Assembly: GCF_057098645.1 (NCBI RefSeq)
Contig: NZ_CM169472.1
Direction: 5' to 3' (one strand)
Length of the DNA stretch: 64,000 nucleotides
The stretch's first letter is position 1. Every line of letters begins with the position of its first letter. Position numbers and translations under genes: made by a program. Of the stretch, positions 8,970-17,111 are shown piece by piece. The notes beneath the pieces were generated by a model. The model did no database searches, was not told where the DNA came from, and worked only from the letters and a program-made list of their open reading frames with translations.

Positions 8970-9713
8970 ATGACGAGTCCCGCACAGCGCCACATGATGC
9001 GGGTCTCGGCAGCGATGACCGCGCAGCGGGACGCCGCCCCGCTGCGACATGCAACTGTCTATGAGCAGATGCTGGTCAAGCTGGCCGCAGACCAGCGCAC
9101 ACTGAAAGCGATTTATTCAAAAGAGCTGAAGGCCGCGAAAAAACGCGAACTGCTGCCGTTCTGGTTGCCGTGGGTGAACGGCGTGCTGGAGCAGGGCAAA
9201 GGTGCACAGGATGACATTCTGATGACGGTCATGCTGTGGCGTCTGGATACCGGCGATATTGCCGGTGCGCTGGAGATTGCCCGTTATGCCCTGAAGTACG
9301 GTCTGACCATGCCGGGTAAACACCGCCGCACCCCGCCGTACATGTTCACCGAGGAGGTGGCGCTCGCGGCCATGCGCGCCCACGCTGCCGGTGAGTCTGT
9401 GGATACCCGCCTGCTGACGGAGACCCTTGCACTGACCGCCACGGCAGACATGCCTGATGAAGTGCGCGCAAAGCTGCACAAAATCACCGGTCTGTTTCTG
9501 CGTGACGCTGGTGATGCCGCCGGTGCGCTGGCTCACCTGCAACGTGCGACACAGCTCGACTGTCAGGCAGGCGTCAAAAAAGAGATTGAACGACTGGAGC
9601 GGGAGCTGAAACCGAAGCCGGAGCCGCAGCCCAAAGCGGCCACCCGCGCCCCGCGTAAGACCCGGAGCGTGACACCGGCAAAACGTGGACGCCCGAAAAA
9701 GAAAGCCAGTTAA
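8970..9713 (+). CDS. M: Terminase small subunit gpM
   Basis: 247-aa ORF in the P2 M position. It has a basic C-terminal tail (KRGRPKKKAS). Confidence 0.9.
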   Translation: MTSPAQRHMMRVSAAMTAQRDAAPLRHATVYEQMLVKLAADQRTLKAIYSKELKAAKKRELLPFWLPWVNGVLEQGKGAQDDILMTVMLWRLDTGDIAGALEIARYALKYGLTMPGKHRRTPPYMFTEEVALAAMRAHAAGESVDTRLLTETLALTATADMPDEVRAKLHKITGLFLRDAGDAAGALAHLQRATQLDCQAGVKKEIERLERELKPKPEPQPKAATRAPRKTRSVTPAKRGRPKKKAS

Positions 9714-9812
9714 CAACCGAATGCGCCCCGCGCCAGGGCGGCACGCCGGTCAGTGAGGGTGAATCACCTGACACTGCACCGGCGTCCACCGCCCGACTTT
9801 TCAGAGGTAGTC

Positions 9813-10322
9813 ATGATGACGCTGATTATTCCGCGAAAGGAGGCTCCCGTGTCCGGTGAGGGTACGGTGGTCATCCCGCAACCGGCAGGCGACGAGCCGG
9901 TGATTAAAAACACGTTCTTTTTTCCCGATATCGACCCGAAGCGCGTCCGGGAACGTATGCGCCTTGAGCAGACCGTCGCCCCCGCCCGTCTGCGTGAGGC
10001 CATCAAGTCAGGCATGGCGGAGACAAATGCGGAGCTGTACGAGTACCGCGAACAGAAAATTGCCGCCGGTTTTACGCGTCTGGCGGACGTCCCGGCGGAC
10101 GATATCGACGGTGAAAGCATCAAAGTTTTTTACTACGAGCGCGCCGTGTGTGCGATGGCGACCGCGTCGCTTTATGAGCGTTATCGCGGCGTGGATGCCA
10201 GTGCGAAAGGTGACAAGAAGGCTGACAGCATTGACAGCACCATTGATGAGCTGTGGCGGGATATGCGCTGGGCGGTGGCGCGTATCCAGGACAAACCGCG
10301 CTGCATCGTGAGTCAAATCTGA
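9813..10322 (+). CDS. L: Head completion/stabilisation protein gpL
   Basis: The start at MMTLIIPRKEAPVSGEG gives 169 aa as in P2 L. Confidence 0.9.
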   Translation: MMTLIIPRKEAPVSGEGTVVIPQPAGDEPVIKNTFFFPDIDPKRVRERMRLEQTVAPARLREAIKSGMAETNAELYEYREQKIAAGFTRLADVPADDIDGESIKVFYYERAVCAMATASLYERYRGVDASAKGDKKADSIDSTIDELWRDMRWAVARIQDKPRCIVSQI

Positions 10323-10525
10323 TGAAGACCTTTGCGCTACAGGGCGACACGCTCGACGCCATTTGTGTCTGGTATTACGGGCGCACTGAGGGCGTGGTCG
10401 AAGCCGTGCTCGCCGCAAATCCGGGACTGGCTGAACTGGGGGCGGTGCTGCCGCACGGCACCGCCGTCGAACTGCCCGACGTTCAGACCGCGCCCGTGGC
10501 TGAAACTGTCAATCTGTGGGAGTAA
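10322..10525 (+). CDS. X: Tail protein gpX
   Basis: 67-aa product MKTFALQGDTLDAICVWYYGRTEG. The ATG overlaps the L stop (ATGA). Confidence 0.88.
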   Translation: MKTFALQGDTLDAICVWYYGRTEGVVEAVLAANPGLAELGAVLPHGTAVELPDVQTAPVAETVNLWE

Positions 10526-10528
10526 CGC

Positions 10529-10810
10529 ATGACAGCAGAAGAAAAAAGCGTCCTGTCGCTTTTCATGATTGGGGTGCTGATTGTTGTCGGCAAGGTGCTT
10601 GCCGGTGGTGAACCCATCACCCCGCGTCTGTTTATCGGGCGCATGTTGCTCGGTGGTTTTGTCTCGATGGTTGCCGGTGTTGTTCTGGTGCAGTTTCCTG
10701 ACCTGTCACTGCCTGCGGTGTGCGGCATCGGCTCCATGCTGGGTATCGCCGGTTATCAGGTGATTGAGATTGCCATTCAGCGCCGCTTTAAGGGCAGGGG
10801 GAAACAGTAA
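10529..10810 (+). CDS. Y: Holin gpY
   Basis: 93-aa ORF with hydrophobic helices and a charged C-terminus, in the P2 Y position. Confidence 0.88.
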   Translation: MTAEEKSVLSLFMIGVLIVVGKVLAGGEPITPRLFIGRMLLGGFVSMVAGVVLVQFPDLSLPAVCGIGSMLGIAGYQVIEIAIQRRFKGRGKQ

Positions 10811-11733
10811 TGCCGGTAATTAACACGCATCAGAATATCGCCGCCTTTCTCGACATGCTGGCGGTGTCCGAAGGGACGGCAAATCATCCGCTGACGAAAA
10901 ACCGGGGCTATGACGTGATAGTCACCGGACTGGACGGGAAGCCGGAAATCTTCACCGACTACAGTGACCACCCGTTCGCGCATGGCCGACCGGCGAAGGT
11001 GTTTAACCGTCGCGGTGAAAAGTCCACGGCCTCCGGTCGCTATCAGCAGCTTTACCTGTTCTGGCCGCACTACCGCAAACAGCTTGCCCTGCCGGATTTC
11101 AGTCCGTTGTCACAGGACAGACTCGCCATTCAGTTGATCCGCGAACGCGGTGCACTGGATGACATCCGGGCGGGACGCATTGAGCGCGCCATTTCACGCT
11201 GTCGCAATATCTGGGCGTCCCTGCCGGGTGCCGGTTACGGTCAGCGTGAGCATTCACTGGAAAAACTGGTCACCGTCTGGCGTACCGGCTTAAACGGAGT
11301 AAACACCATGAAGAAATTATCCCTTTCACTGATGCTGAATGTGTCGCTGGCGCTGATGCTGGCACTGTCACTGATTTACCCGCAGAGCGTGGCCGTCAGT
11401 TTTGTCGCTGCCTGGGCGATTCTGGCGACGGTTATCTGTGTGGTTGCCGGTGGTGTCGGCGTGTATGCCACTGAGTATGTACTTGAGCGCTACGGACGGG
11501 AGCTGCCGCCGGAATCGCTGGCCGTGAAGATTGTCACGTCGCTGTTTTTGCAGCCGGTGCCGTGGTGCAGACGGGCGGCGGGTCTGGTGGTGATGGTGGC
11601 GACGTTTATCTCGCTGGTCGCTGCCGGGTGGATTTTTACTGCACTGATTTATCTCGTGGCGTCGCTGTTTTTCCGGCTGATACGTAAAGCCTGTCGTCAG
11701 CGTTTTGAGGGGCGGGAACTATGTCAAAGCTGA
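10810..11733 (+). CDS. K: Endolysin gpK (lambda R-like transglycosylase) reading through in frame into LysA
   Basis: The N-terminal ~160 aa align with lambda R (FLDMLAVSEGT ... NIWASLPGAGYGQ). No in-frame stop occurs before MKKLSLSLML (LysA). TAA triplets at 11291 and 11300 are both in the +1 frame. Confidence 0.8.
   Translation: MPVINTHQNIAAFLDMLAVSEGTANHPLTKNRGYDVIVTGLDGKPEIFTDYSDHPFAHGRPAKVFNRRGEKSTASGRYQQLYLFWPHYRKQLALPDFSPLSQDRLAIQLIRERGALDDIRAGRIERAISRCRNIWASLPGAGYGQREHSLEKLVTVWRTGLNGVNTMKKLSLSLMLNVSLALMLALSLIYPQSVAVSFVAAWAILATVICVVAGGVGVYATEYVLERYGRELPPESLAVKIVTSLFLQPVPWCRRAAGLVVMVATFISLVAAGWIFTALIYLVASLFFRLIRKACRQRFEGRELCQS
11308..11733 (+). CDS. lysA: LysA (multi-pass membrane lysis-timing protein), possible internal-start product
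   Basis: The ATG at 11308 gives 141 aa, the P2 LysA length. The product has four hydrophobic segments. It shares its frame with K, so separate expression depends on internal initiation. Confidence 0.7.
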   Translation: MKKLSLSLMLNVSLALMLALSLIYPQSVAVSFVAAWAILATVICVVAGGVGVYATEYVLERYGRELPPESLAVKIVTSLFLQPVPWCRRAAGLVVMVATFISLVAAGWIFTALIYLVASLFFRLIRKACRQRFEGRELCQS

Positions 11734-12146
11734 TGATTGTGCTGGTCGTGTTGTTATCGCTGGCGGTGGCGGGGCTGTTTCTGGCGAAGCATGAAAACGC
11801 CAGCCTGCGCGCCTCGCTGGACAGGGTGAACAACGTCGCCAGTGAACAGCAGACGACCATCACCATGCTGAAAAATCAGCTTCATGTTGCCATCACCAGG
11901 GCAGACAAAAACGAGCTGGCGCAGGTGGCACTGCGTCAGGAACTGGAGAACGCCGCGAAGCGTGAAGCACAGCGCGAGAAAACCATCACGAGGTTACTTA
12001 ATGAAAACGAAGATTTTCGCCGCTGGTATGGCGCTGACCTGCCTGATGCTGTGCGCCGGTTGCACCAGCGTCCGGCCTGCACCGACGCCAGTGATTGTCG
12101 CCAACGCCTGCCCGAAAGTGAGCCTTTGCCCGATGCCGGGCAGTGA
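11721..12146 (+). CDS. lysB: LysB, inner-membrane spanin subunit (Rz-like)
   Basis: 141 aa with an N-terminal TM helix (MSKLMIVLVVLLSLAVAGLFLA) and a coiled-coil-like body. Confidence 0.88.
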   Translation: MSKLMIVLVVLLSLAVAGLFLAKHENASLRASLDRVNNVASEQQTTITMLKNQLHVAITRADKNELAQVALRQELENAAKREAQREKTITRLLNENEDFRRWYGADLPDAVRRLHQRPACTDASDCRQRLPESEPLPDAGQ

Positions 12147-12291
12147 CCCGCAGACGAACGGCGATTTAAGTGCCGATATCCGGCAGCTTGAGAACGCGCT
12201 GGCACGCTGTGCCAGCCAGGTAAAAATGATTAAACACTGTCAGGACGAAAACGATGCTCAAACCCGACAGCCTGCGCAGGGCACTGACTGA
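12001..12291 (+). CDS. lysC: LysC, outer-membrane lipoprotein spanin subunit (Rz1-like), overlapping lysB out of frame
   Basis: MKTKIFAAGMALTCLMLCAGC carries a lipobox. The product is 96 aa and Pro-rich. The start lies inside lysB in the +1 frame, as in P2. Confidence 0.85.
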   Translation: MKTKIFAAGMALTCLMLCAGCTSVRPAPTPVIVANACPKVSLCPMPGSDPQTNGDLSADIRQLENALARCASQVKMIKHCQDENDAQTRQPAQGTD

Positions 12292-12721
12292 TGCCGTCAC
12301 GGTGCTGAAAACCAGCCCCGAGATGCTGCGGATATTCGTGGATAACGGGAGTATTGCCTCCACACTGGCGACGTCACTGTCATTCGAAAAGCGTTACACG
12401 CTCAATGTCATTGTGACCGATTTTACCGATGATTTTGACCTGCTCATCGTGCCGGTGCTGGCGTGGCTGCGGGAAAATCAGCCCGACATCATGACCACCG
12501 ACGAAGGTCAGAAAAAGGGCTTCACGTTTTATGCAGACATCAACAATGACAGCAGCTTTGATATCAGCATCAGCCTGATGCTGACCGAGCGCACGCTGGT
12601 CAGTGAGGTGGACGGCGCACTGCATGTGAAGAATATCCCGGAACCCCCGCCGCCGGAGCCGGTCACCCGCCCGATGGAGCTGTATATCAATGGCGAACTG
12701 GTGAGCAAGTGGGATGAATGA
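12254..12721 (+). CDS. R: Tail completion protein gpR
   Basis: 155-aa ORF in the P2 R position and of the P2 R length. Confidence 0.9.
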   Translation: MLKPDSLRRALTDAVTVLKTSPEMLRIFVDNGSIASTLATSLSFEKRYTLNVIVTDFTDDFDLLIVPVLAWLRENQPDIMTTDEGQKKGFTFYADINNDSSFDISISLMLTERTLVSEVDGALHVKNIPEPPPPEPVTRPMELYINGELVSKWDE

Positions 12722-13163
12722 GTTTAAGCGTTTTGAAGACCGGCTGACCGGAATGATTGAGTCGCTGTCACCGTCAGGGCGTCGGCGACTGGCGGTAGAT
12801 ATTGCGAAGAAACTGCGCCAGCGCCAGCAGCAGCGAATTAAATTACAAAAAGGCCCGGATGGTACGCCGTATGTACCGAGAAAAAACCAACCAGTGCGAA
12901 ATAAGAAAGGCCGGATAAAGCGGGAAATGTTTGTGAAATTACGCACTAACCGGTTTATGAAAGCAACAGCTAGCGAGAGTGCGGCGGTGGTGGAGTTTAC
13001 TGGTAAGGTTGAGTGTATTGCGAGAGTACATCAATTTGGGTTGGCTGATAAGCCTAGTTACAACAGTAAGGCTGTGGTTTATCCTGTTCGTATACTTATG
13101 GGAATCTCAGAGCGTGATACGAAATTTGTTGAAGAAGTTATTATTCGCTACCTATCTCATTAG
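12714..13163 (+). CDS. S: Tail completion protein gpS (3' third is compositionally foreign)
   Basis: 149 aa starting MNEFKRFEDRLTG as in P2 S. G+C falls from 32/60 (12721-12780) to 22/60 (13081-13140). Confidence 0.88.
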   Translation: MNEFKRFEDRLTGMIESLSPSGRRRLAVDIAKKLRQRQQQRIKLQKGPDGTPYVPRKNQPVRNKKGRIKREMFVKLRTNRFMKATASESAAVVEFTGKVECIARVHQFGLADKPSYNSKAVVYPVRILMGISERDTKFVEEVIIRYLSH

Positions 13164-13208
13164 GGACGATGAAAATATAGTTTCATCAGCTATATTCTAG
13201 TATATAAA

Positions 13209-13243
13209 ATACTAAGGCTACACTAGCCGTGTAGCCTTAGTAT
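13209..13243. terminator. Bidirectional hairpin terminator between convergent S and the cargo ATPase
   Basis: Perfect 15-bp stem ATACTAAGGCTACAC / GTGTAGCCTTAGTAT with a 5-nt loop, flanked by A/T runs on both sides. Confidence 0.7.
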
Positions 13244-13263
13244 ATGTTTGGGATATTATATAA

Positions 13264-14508
13264 CTAAATCCAGCGAAGGTAGAATAGTAAGTAAGGATCT
13301 CTGATGTCTAATACATCGCTTTCTTGATCCCACTCGATAATACTGCTATTTGCAGCATCGTTGGCAATAGCAGTTGAGTGCTGACATGCACTGGTTATAC
13401 TAGAACCGCTTGGGCTATCGCCATGACATAACGAGGTCACTCGAGATACTAAGTCAGAATAACGAAATGTCAGCGTCGGAGGATTAGAAGCAATGGCTTT
13501 TAATAAAAAGACATAAACATCGCCTTGCCAGCCATCTTTTGATATATATGATTTTCTATCAGAACCACGCACTTTAGGTCCTTCGCGCATTTTATCCACA
13601 ATCGTGCTGTAATCTGCTGACTGAAGTGTACGTTTGCACACTCTTTGCAATGTGGCAATATCTTTTTGATATTTTATTGAAGTATCAGAAGTCTCTCTGA
13701 CATTCATTTCAAAACAAGAGTTTAAGCATAAATATTGCATTAGTTGTGGTGAGCCTGCGGACTCTTTTACTAACTCACTTATAACTTCATCAGAGGCATC
13801 TATATTGAGTAGTTTGAATCCTTTCTGAGCAATAATTTTTAAGGTTGATTCATCCCAATAATCAAAATCAATATTAAATATCCGGCCTCGTAAGTCAGAG
13901 TTACCCCGAAGAACATCATCAGAATGATATGGCACTGATGCACAAATAAATTTGCAGCCATTAGCTATGGCATCTTTTATTTGTCGTGATAGTTCGGCTT
14001 GAGCTTCTTTAGCAATATAGTGAAAATCATCGATAAAGATAACATAATCTGTGTTTGCGATTTCTCGCTTCATTAGTTGAAAGAGATCTATCGCAAATGA
14101 TTCTGAGGTTTGATCTGCTGTACTATAACCAGCGGATGCAGACCCTTTAAGACTACCTTTTGCTAAAATTACACCAGCTTGGGCAGATAATTCTCCTGTA
14201 CTTGAAAATGATGAGGTGCCAGTTTTACTTTGAACTTGGGTTACTGGTACACCAAGTATGTCGAAAACGCGCTTCCATAAATCATTAGCAGATTGAACCC
14301 CTGCTCCAGTTACTTCGATTAGCCTCTGGGTTCCAAGTACTTTCTTAACAAAGACAGTTTTTCCTGATTTTGATGGGCCAGAGATAGAAATCAGCATGGT
14401 GCCCATCTCAAGTGTATCGATTAACTGTTGCTGTTTAGATACTAGGTGATCCTCAACCAGTGTGTGGTTGGGATAACCGCCTGGGATAAAAACCTCTGTC
14501 GCCTTCAT
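13264..14508 (-). CDS. Orphan AAA+ (ORC/Cdc6- or ExeA/TniB-like) ATPase of unknown function; candidate defence cargo
   Basis: 414-aa ORF antisense to the tail operon. Walker A is GPSKSGKT (nt 14356-14379). Walker B is YVIFIDDFH. A sensor-like SAGSPQLMQYLC is present. It is AT-rich (17/60 G+C at 13801-13860). The function is an inference. Confidence 0.6.
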   Translation of the reverse strand: MKATEVFIPGGYPNHTLVEDHLVSKQQQLIDTLEMGTMLISISGPSKSGKTVFVKKVLGTQRLIEVTGAGVQSANDLWKRVFDILGVPVTQVQSKTGTSSFSSTGELSAQAGVILAKGSLKGSASAGYSTADQTSESFAIDLFQLMKREIANTDYVIFIDDFHYIAKEAQAELSRQIKDAIANGCKFICASVPYHSDDVLRGNSDLRGRIFNIDFDYWDESTLKIIAQKGFKLLNIDASDEVISELVKESAGSPQLMQYLCLNSCFEMNVRETSDTSIKYQKDIATLQRVCKRTLQSADYSTIVDKMREGPKVRGSDRKSYISKDGWQGDVYVFLLKAIASNPPTLTFRYSDLVSRVTSLCHGDSPSGSSITSACQHSTAIANDAANSSIIEWDQESDVLDIRDPYLLFYLRWI

Positions 14509-14549
14509 ATATCAACGCCAACATTATTAATGGTATGCCAATTTTACGT

Positions 14550-14567
14550 TGTAAGAGGATCAATACA
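14550..14567. promoter_or_regulatory. Perfect TGT-N12-ACA dyad upstream of V (candidate Ogr-dependent late promoter element)
   Basis: TGTAAGAGGATCAATACA lies 48-65 nt upstream of the V ATG. A CAATAT -10-like hexamer lies at 14602-14607. Confidence 0.4.
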
Positions 14568-14614
14568 AGTTCCATTTATTGCCTGTGAGTGCTGAAAAAT
14601 TCAATATTTGAAAA

Positions 14615-15250
14615 ATGAATATAAATCACTCATTACAAGAGCTTGCGCGTGCACTGCGCAACATGATCCGCACCGGTATTATCGTCGAAACCGACCTTAA
14701 CGCCGGTCGCTGCCGTGTGCAGACCGGCGGCATGTGCACCGACTGGCTTCAGTGGCTGACCCATCGTGCCGGACGTTCGCGCACATGGTGGGCACCTTCC
14801 GTGGGGGAACAGGTGCTGATTCTGGCTGTGGGCGGTGAACTCGACACGGCGTTCGTTCTGCCGGGGATTTATTCCGGCGATAACCCCGCGCCGTCTGCGT
14901 CGGCGGATGCCCTGCATATCCGTTTCCCTGACGGGGCGGTGATTGAGTATGAACCCGAAACCAGTTCACTGACGGTAAGCGGAATTAAAACGGCCAGCGT
15001 GACGGCTTCTGATTTTGTTACTGCCACGGTGCCGGTGGTCACGGTGAAAGCATCAACCCGCGTCACCCTGGACACACCGGAGGTGGTCTGCACCAACAGG
15101 CTGATTACCGGCACGCTGGAAGTGCAGAAGGGCGGGACGATGCGCGGCAACATTGAACACACCGGCGGTGAACTCTCATCAAACGGTAAGGTACTGCATA
15201 CCCATAAACACCCCGGCGACAGTGGCGGCACAACAGGGGGACCTCTATGA
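14615..15250 (+). CDS. V: Baseplate central spike gpV
   Basis: 211 aa, the P2 V length. From residue ~8 it reads QELARALRNMIRTGIIVETDLNAGRCRVQTGG as in P2. The first 7 codons differ and no Shine-Dalgarno is visible. Confidence 0.92.
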   Translation: MNINHSLQELARALRNMIRTGIIVETDLNAGRCRVQTGGMCTDWLQWLTHRAGRSRTWWAPSVGEQVLILAVGGELDTAFVLPGIYSGDNPAPSASADALHIRFPDGAVIEYEPETSSLTVSGIKTASVTASDFVTATVPVVTVKASTRVTLDTPEVVCTNRLITGTLEVQKGGTMRGNIEHTGGELSSNGKVLHTHKHPGDSGGTTGGPL

Positions 15251-15594
15251 CAGCGCGTTATCTCGGAATGAATCGCAGTGATGGCCTGACTGTCACTGAC
15301 CTTGAGCATATCAGCCAGAGTATCGGCGATATCCTGCGCACACCGGTCGGCTCACGGGTGATGCGTCGTGATTACGGCTCGTTGCTGGCGTCAATGATTG
15401 ACCAGCCGCAGACCCCGGCGCTTGAGTTGCAGATTAAAGTCGCCTGTTACATGGCAGTGCTGAAATGGGAACCCCGCGTCACCCTGTCATCCGTCACCAC
15501 GGCGCGCAGTTTTGACGGGCGAATGACGGTCACGTTAACCGGCCAGCACAACGACACCGGCCAGCCACTTTCGTTAACCATCCCTGTGAGTTGA
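15247..15594 (+). CDS. W: Baseplate protein gpW (gp25/GPW family)
   Basis: 115-aa ORF in the P2 W position, overlapping the V stop. Confidence 0.9.
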   Translation: MTARYLGMNRSDGLTVTDLEHISQSIGDILRTPVGSRVMRRDYGSLLASMIDQPQTPALELQIKVACYMAVLKWEPRVTLSSVTTARSFDGRMTVTLTGQHNDTGQPLSLTIPVS

Positions 15595-15598
15595 AACC

Positions 15599-16507
15599 AT
15601 GCCGATTATCGACCTGAACCAGCTACCCGCACCGGATGTGGTCGAGGAGCTGGACTTTGAAACCATTCTTGCCGAACGCAAGGCGACACTGATTTCCCTT
15701 TACCCGGAAGACCAGCAGGAGGCGGTCGCCCGTACCCTGACACTGGAATCTGAGCCTCTCGTCAAACTGCTGGAGGAAAATGCTTATCGTGAGCTTATCT
15801 GGCGTCAGCGTGTGAATGAGGCTGCACGGGCGGTGATGCTGGCCTGTGCAGCCGGTAATGACCTTGATGTGATTGGTGCCAATTACAACACCACACGCCT
15901 GATTATCACCCCGGCAGATGATTCAACCATCCCGCCGACACCGGCCGTGATGGAATCTGACACCGATTATCGTCTGCGTATTCAGCAGGCGTTTGAAGGT
16001 TTAAGCGTCGCCGGGTCGGTGGGGGCCTATCAGTATCATGGTCGAAGTGCCGACGGGCGTGTCGCAGATATCTCTGTCACCAGTCCTTCTCCGGCCTGCG
16101 TCACCATCTCTGTGCTGTCACGTGAAAATAACGGTGTGGCATCCGAAGACCTGCTGGCGGTGGTGCGCAACGCCCTTAATGGTGAGGACGTCAGACCGGT
16201 GGCCGACCGTGTGACCGTGCAGTCTGCCGTCATCGTTGAATACCAGATAAATGCCACGCTTTACCTTTACCCTGGCCCCGAAAGCGAACCCATTCGCGCT
16301 GCCGCCGTGAAAAAACTGGAAGCGTATATCACGGCACAGCACCGGCTGGGGCGCGACATCCGACTGTCTGCCATTTATGCCGCTTTGCATGTGGAAGGCG
16401 TGCAGCGTGTCGAACTGGCTGCACCGCTGGCCGACATCGTGCTCAACAATACGCAGGCGTCTTTCTGTACCGAATACAGCGTCGTGACCGGAGGCTCGGA
16501 TGAGTGA
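15599..16507 (+). CDS. J: Baseplate wedge protein gpJ
   Basis: 302-aa ORF in the P2 J position and of the P2 J length. Confidence 0.9.
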   Translation: MPIIDLNQLPAPDVVEELDFETILAERKATLISLYPEDQQEAVARTLTLESEPLVKLLEENAYRELIWRQRVNEAARAVMLACAAGNDLDVIGANYNTTRLIITPADDSTIPPTPAVMESDTDYRLRIQQAFEGLSVAGSVGAYQYHGRSADGRVADISVTSPSPACVTISVLSRENNGVASEDLLAVVRNALNGEDVRPVADRVTVQSAVIVEYQINATLYLYPGPESEPIRAAAVKKLEAYITAQHRLGRDIRLSAIYAALHVEGVQRVELAAPLADIVLNNTQASFCTEYSVVTGGSDE

Positions 16508-17111
16508 TTCGCGACTGCTGCCGACCGGCTCATCACCGCTTGAAGTCGCTGCCGCAAAAGCCTGTGCGGAAATTGAAAAAACGCCGGTCAGTATTCGTGA
16601 GCTGTGGAACCCGGACACCTGCCCGGCAAATCTGCTGCCGTGGCTGGCGTGGTCATTTTCGGTTGACCGCTGGGATGATAAGTGGCCGGAAGCGACAAAA
16701 CGCGCTGTTATCCGCGATGCGTATTTCATTCACTGCCATAAGGGCACTATAGGCGCAATCCGGCGTGTGGTGGAGCCGCTCGGCTATCTGATTGAGGTGA
16801 GGGAGTGGTGGCAGCTCAACGAGGAGCCGGGGACGTTCCGCATCGTTGTTGGCGTGCTTGAGCAGGGTATTACCGAGGAAATGTATCAGGAGCTGGAGCG
16901 CCTCGTTGCTGATGCAAAACCGGCAAGCCGCCATCTGACGGGACTGGCTATCAGTTTAAGTACAACCGGCAACATTTTTGCCGGTGCGGGATGCTATCAC
17001 GGTGACGCCCTGACGGTTTATCCCTACACCCCGGAGGCCATTATTGTCGGAGGGGATTATTTCCCGGCCTCGGCCATTCATTTAATTGATAACCTGAGAG
17101 TAAACGCATGA
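16500..17111 (+). CDS. I: Baseplate/tail-fibre attachment protein gpI
   Basis: 203-aa ORF in the P2 I position. It overlaps the end of J and the start of H. Confidence 0.85.
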   Translation: MSDSRLLPTGSSPLEVAAAKACAEIEKTPVSIRELWNPDTCPANLLPWLAWSFSVDRWDDKWPEATKRAVIRDAYFIHCHKGTIGAIRRVVEPLGYLIEVREWWQLNEEPGTFRIVVGVLEQGITEEMYQELERLVADAKPASRHLTGLAISLSTTGNIFAGAGCYHGDALTVYPYTPEAIIVGGDYFPASAIHLIDNLRVNA

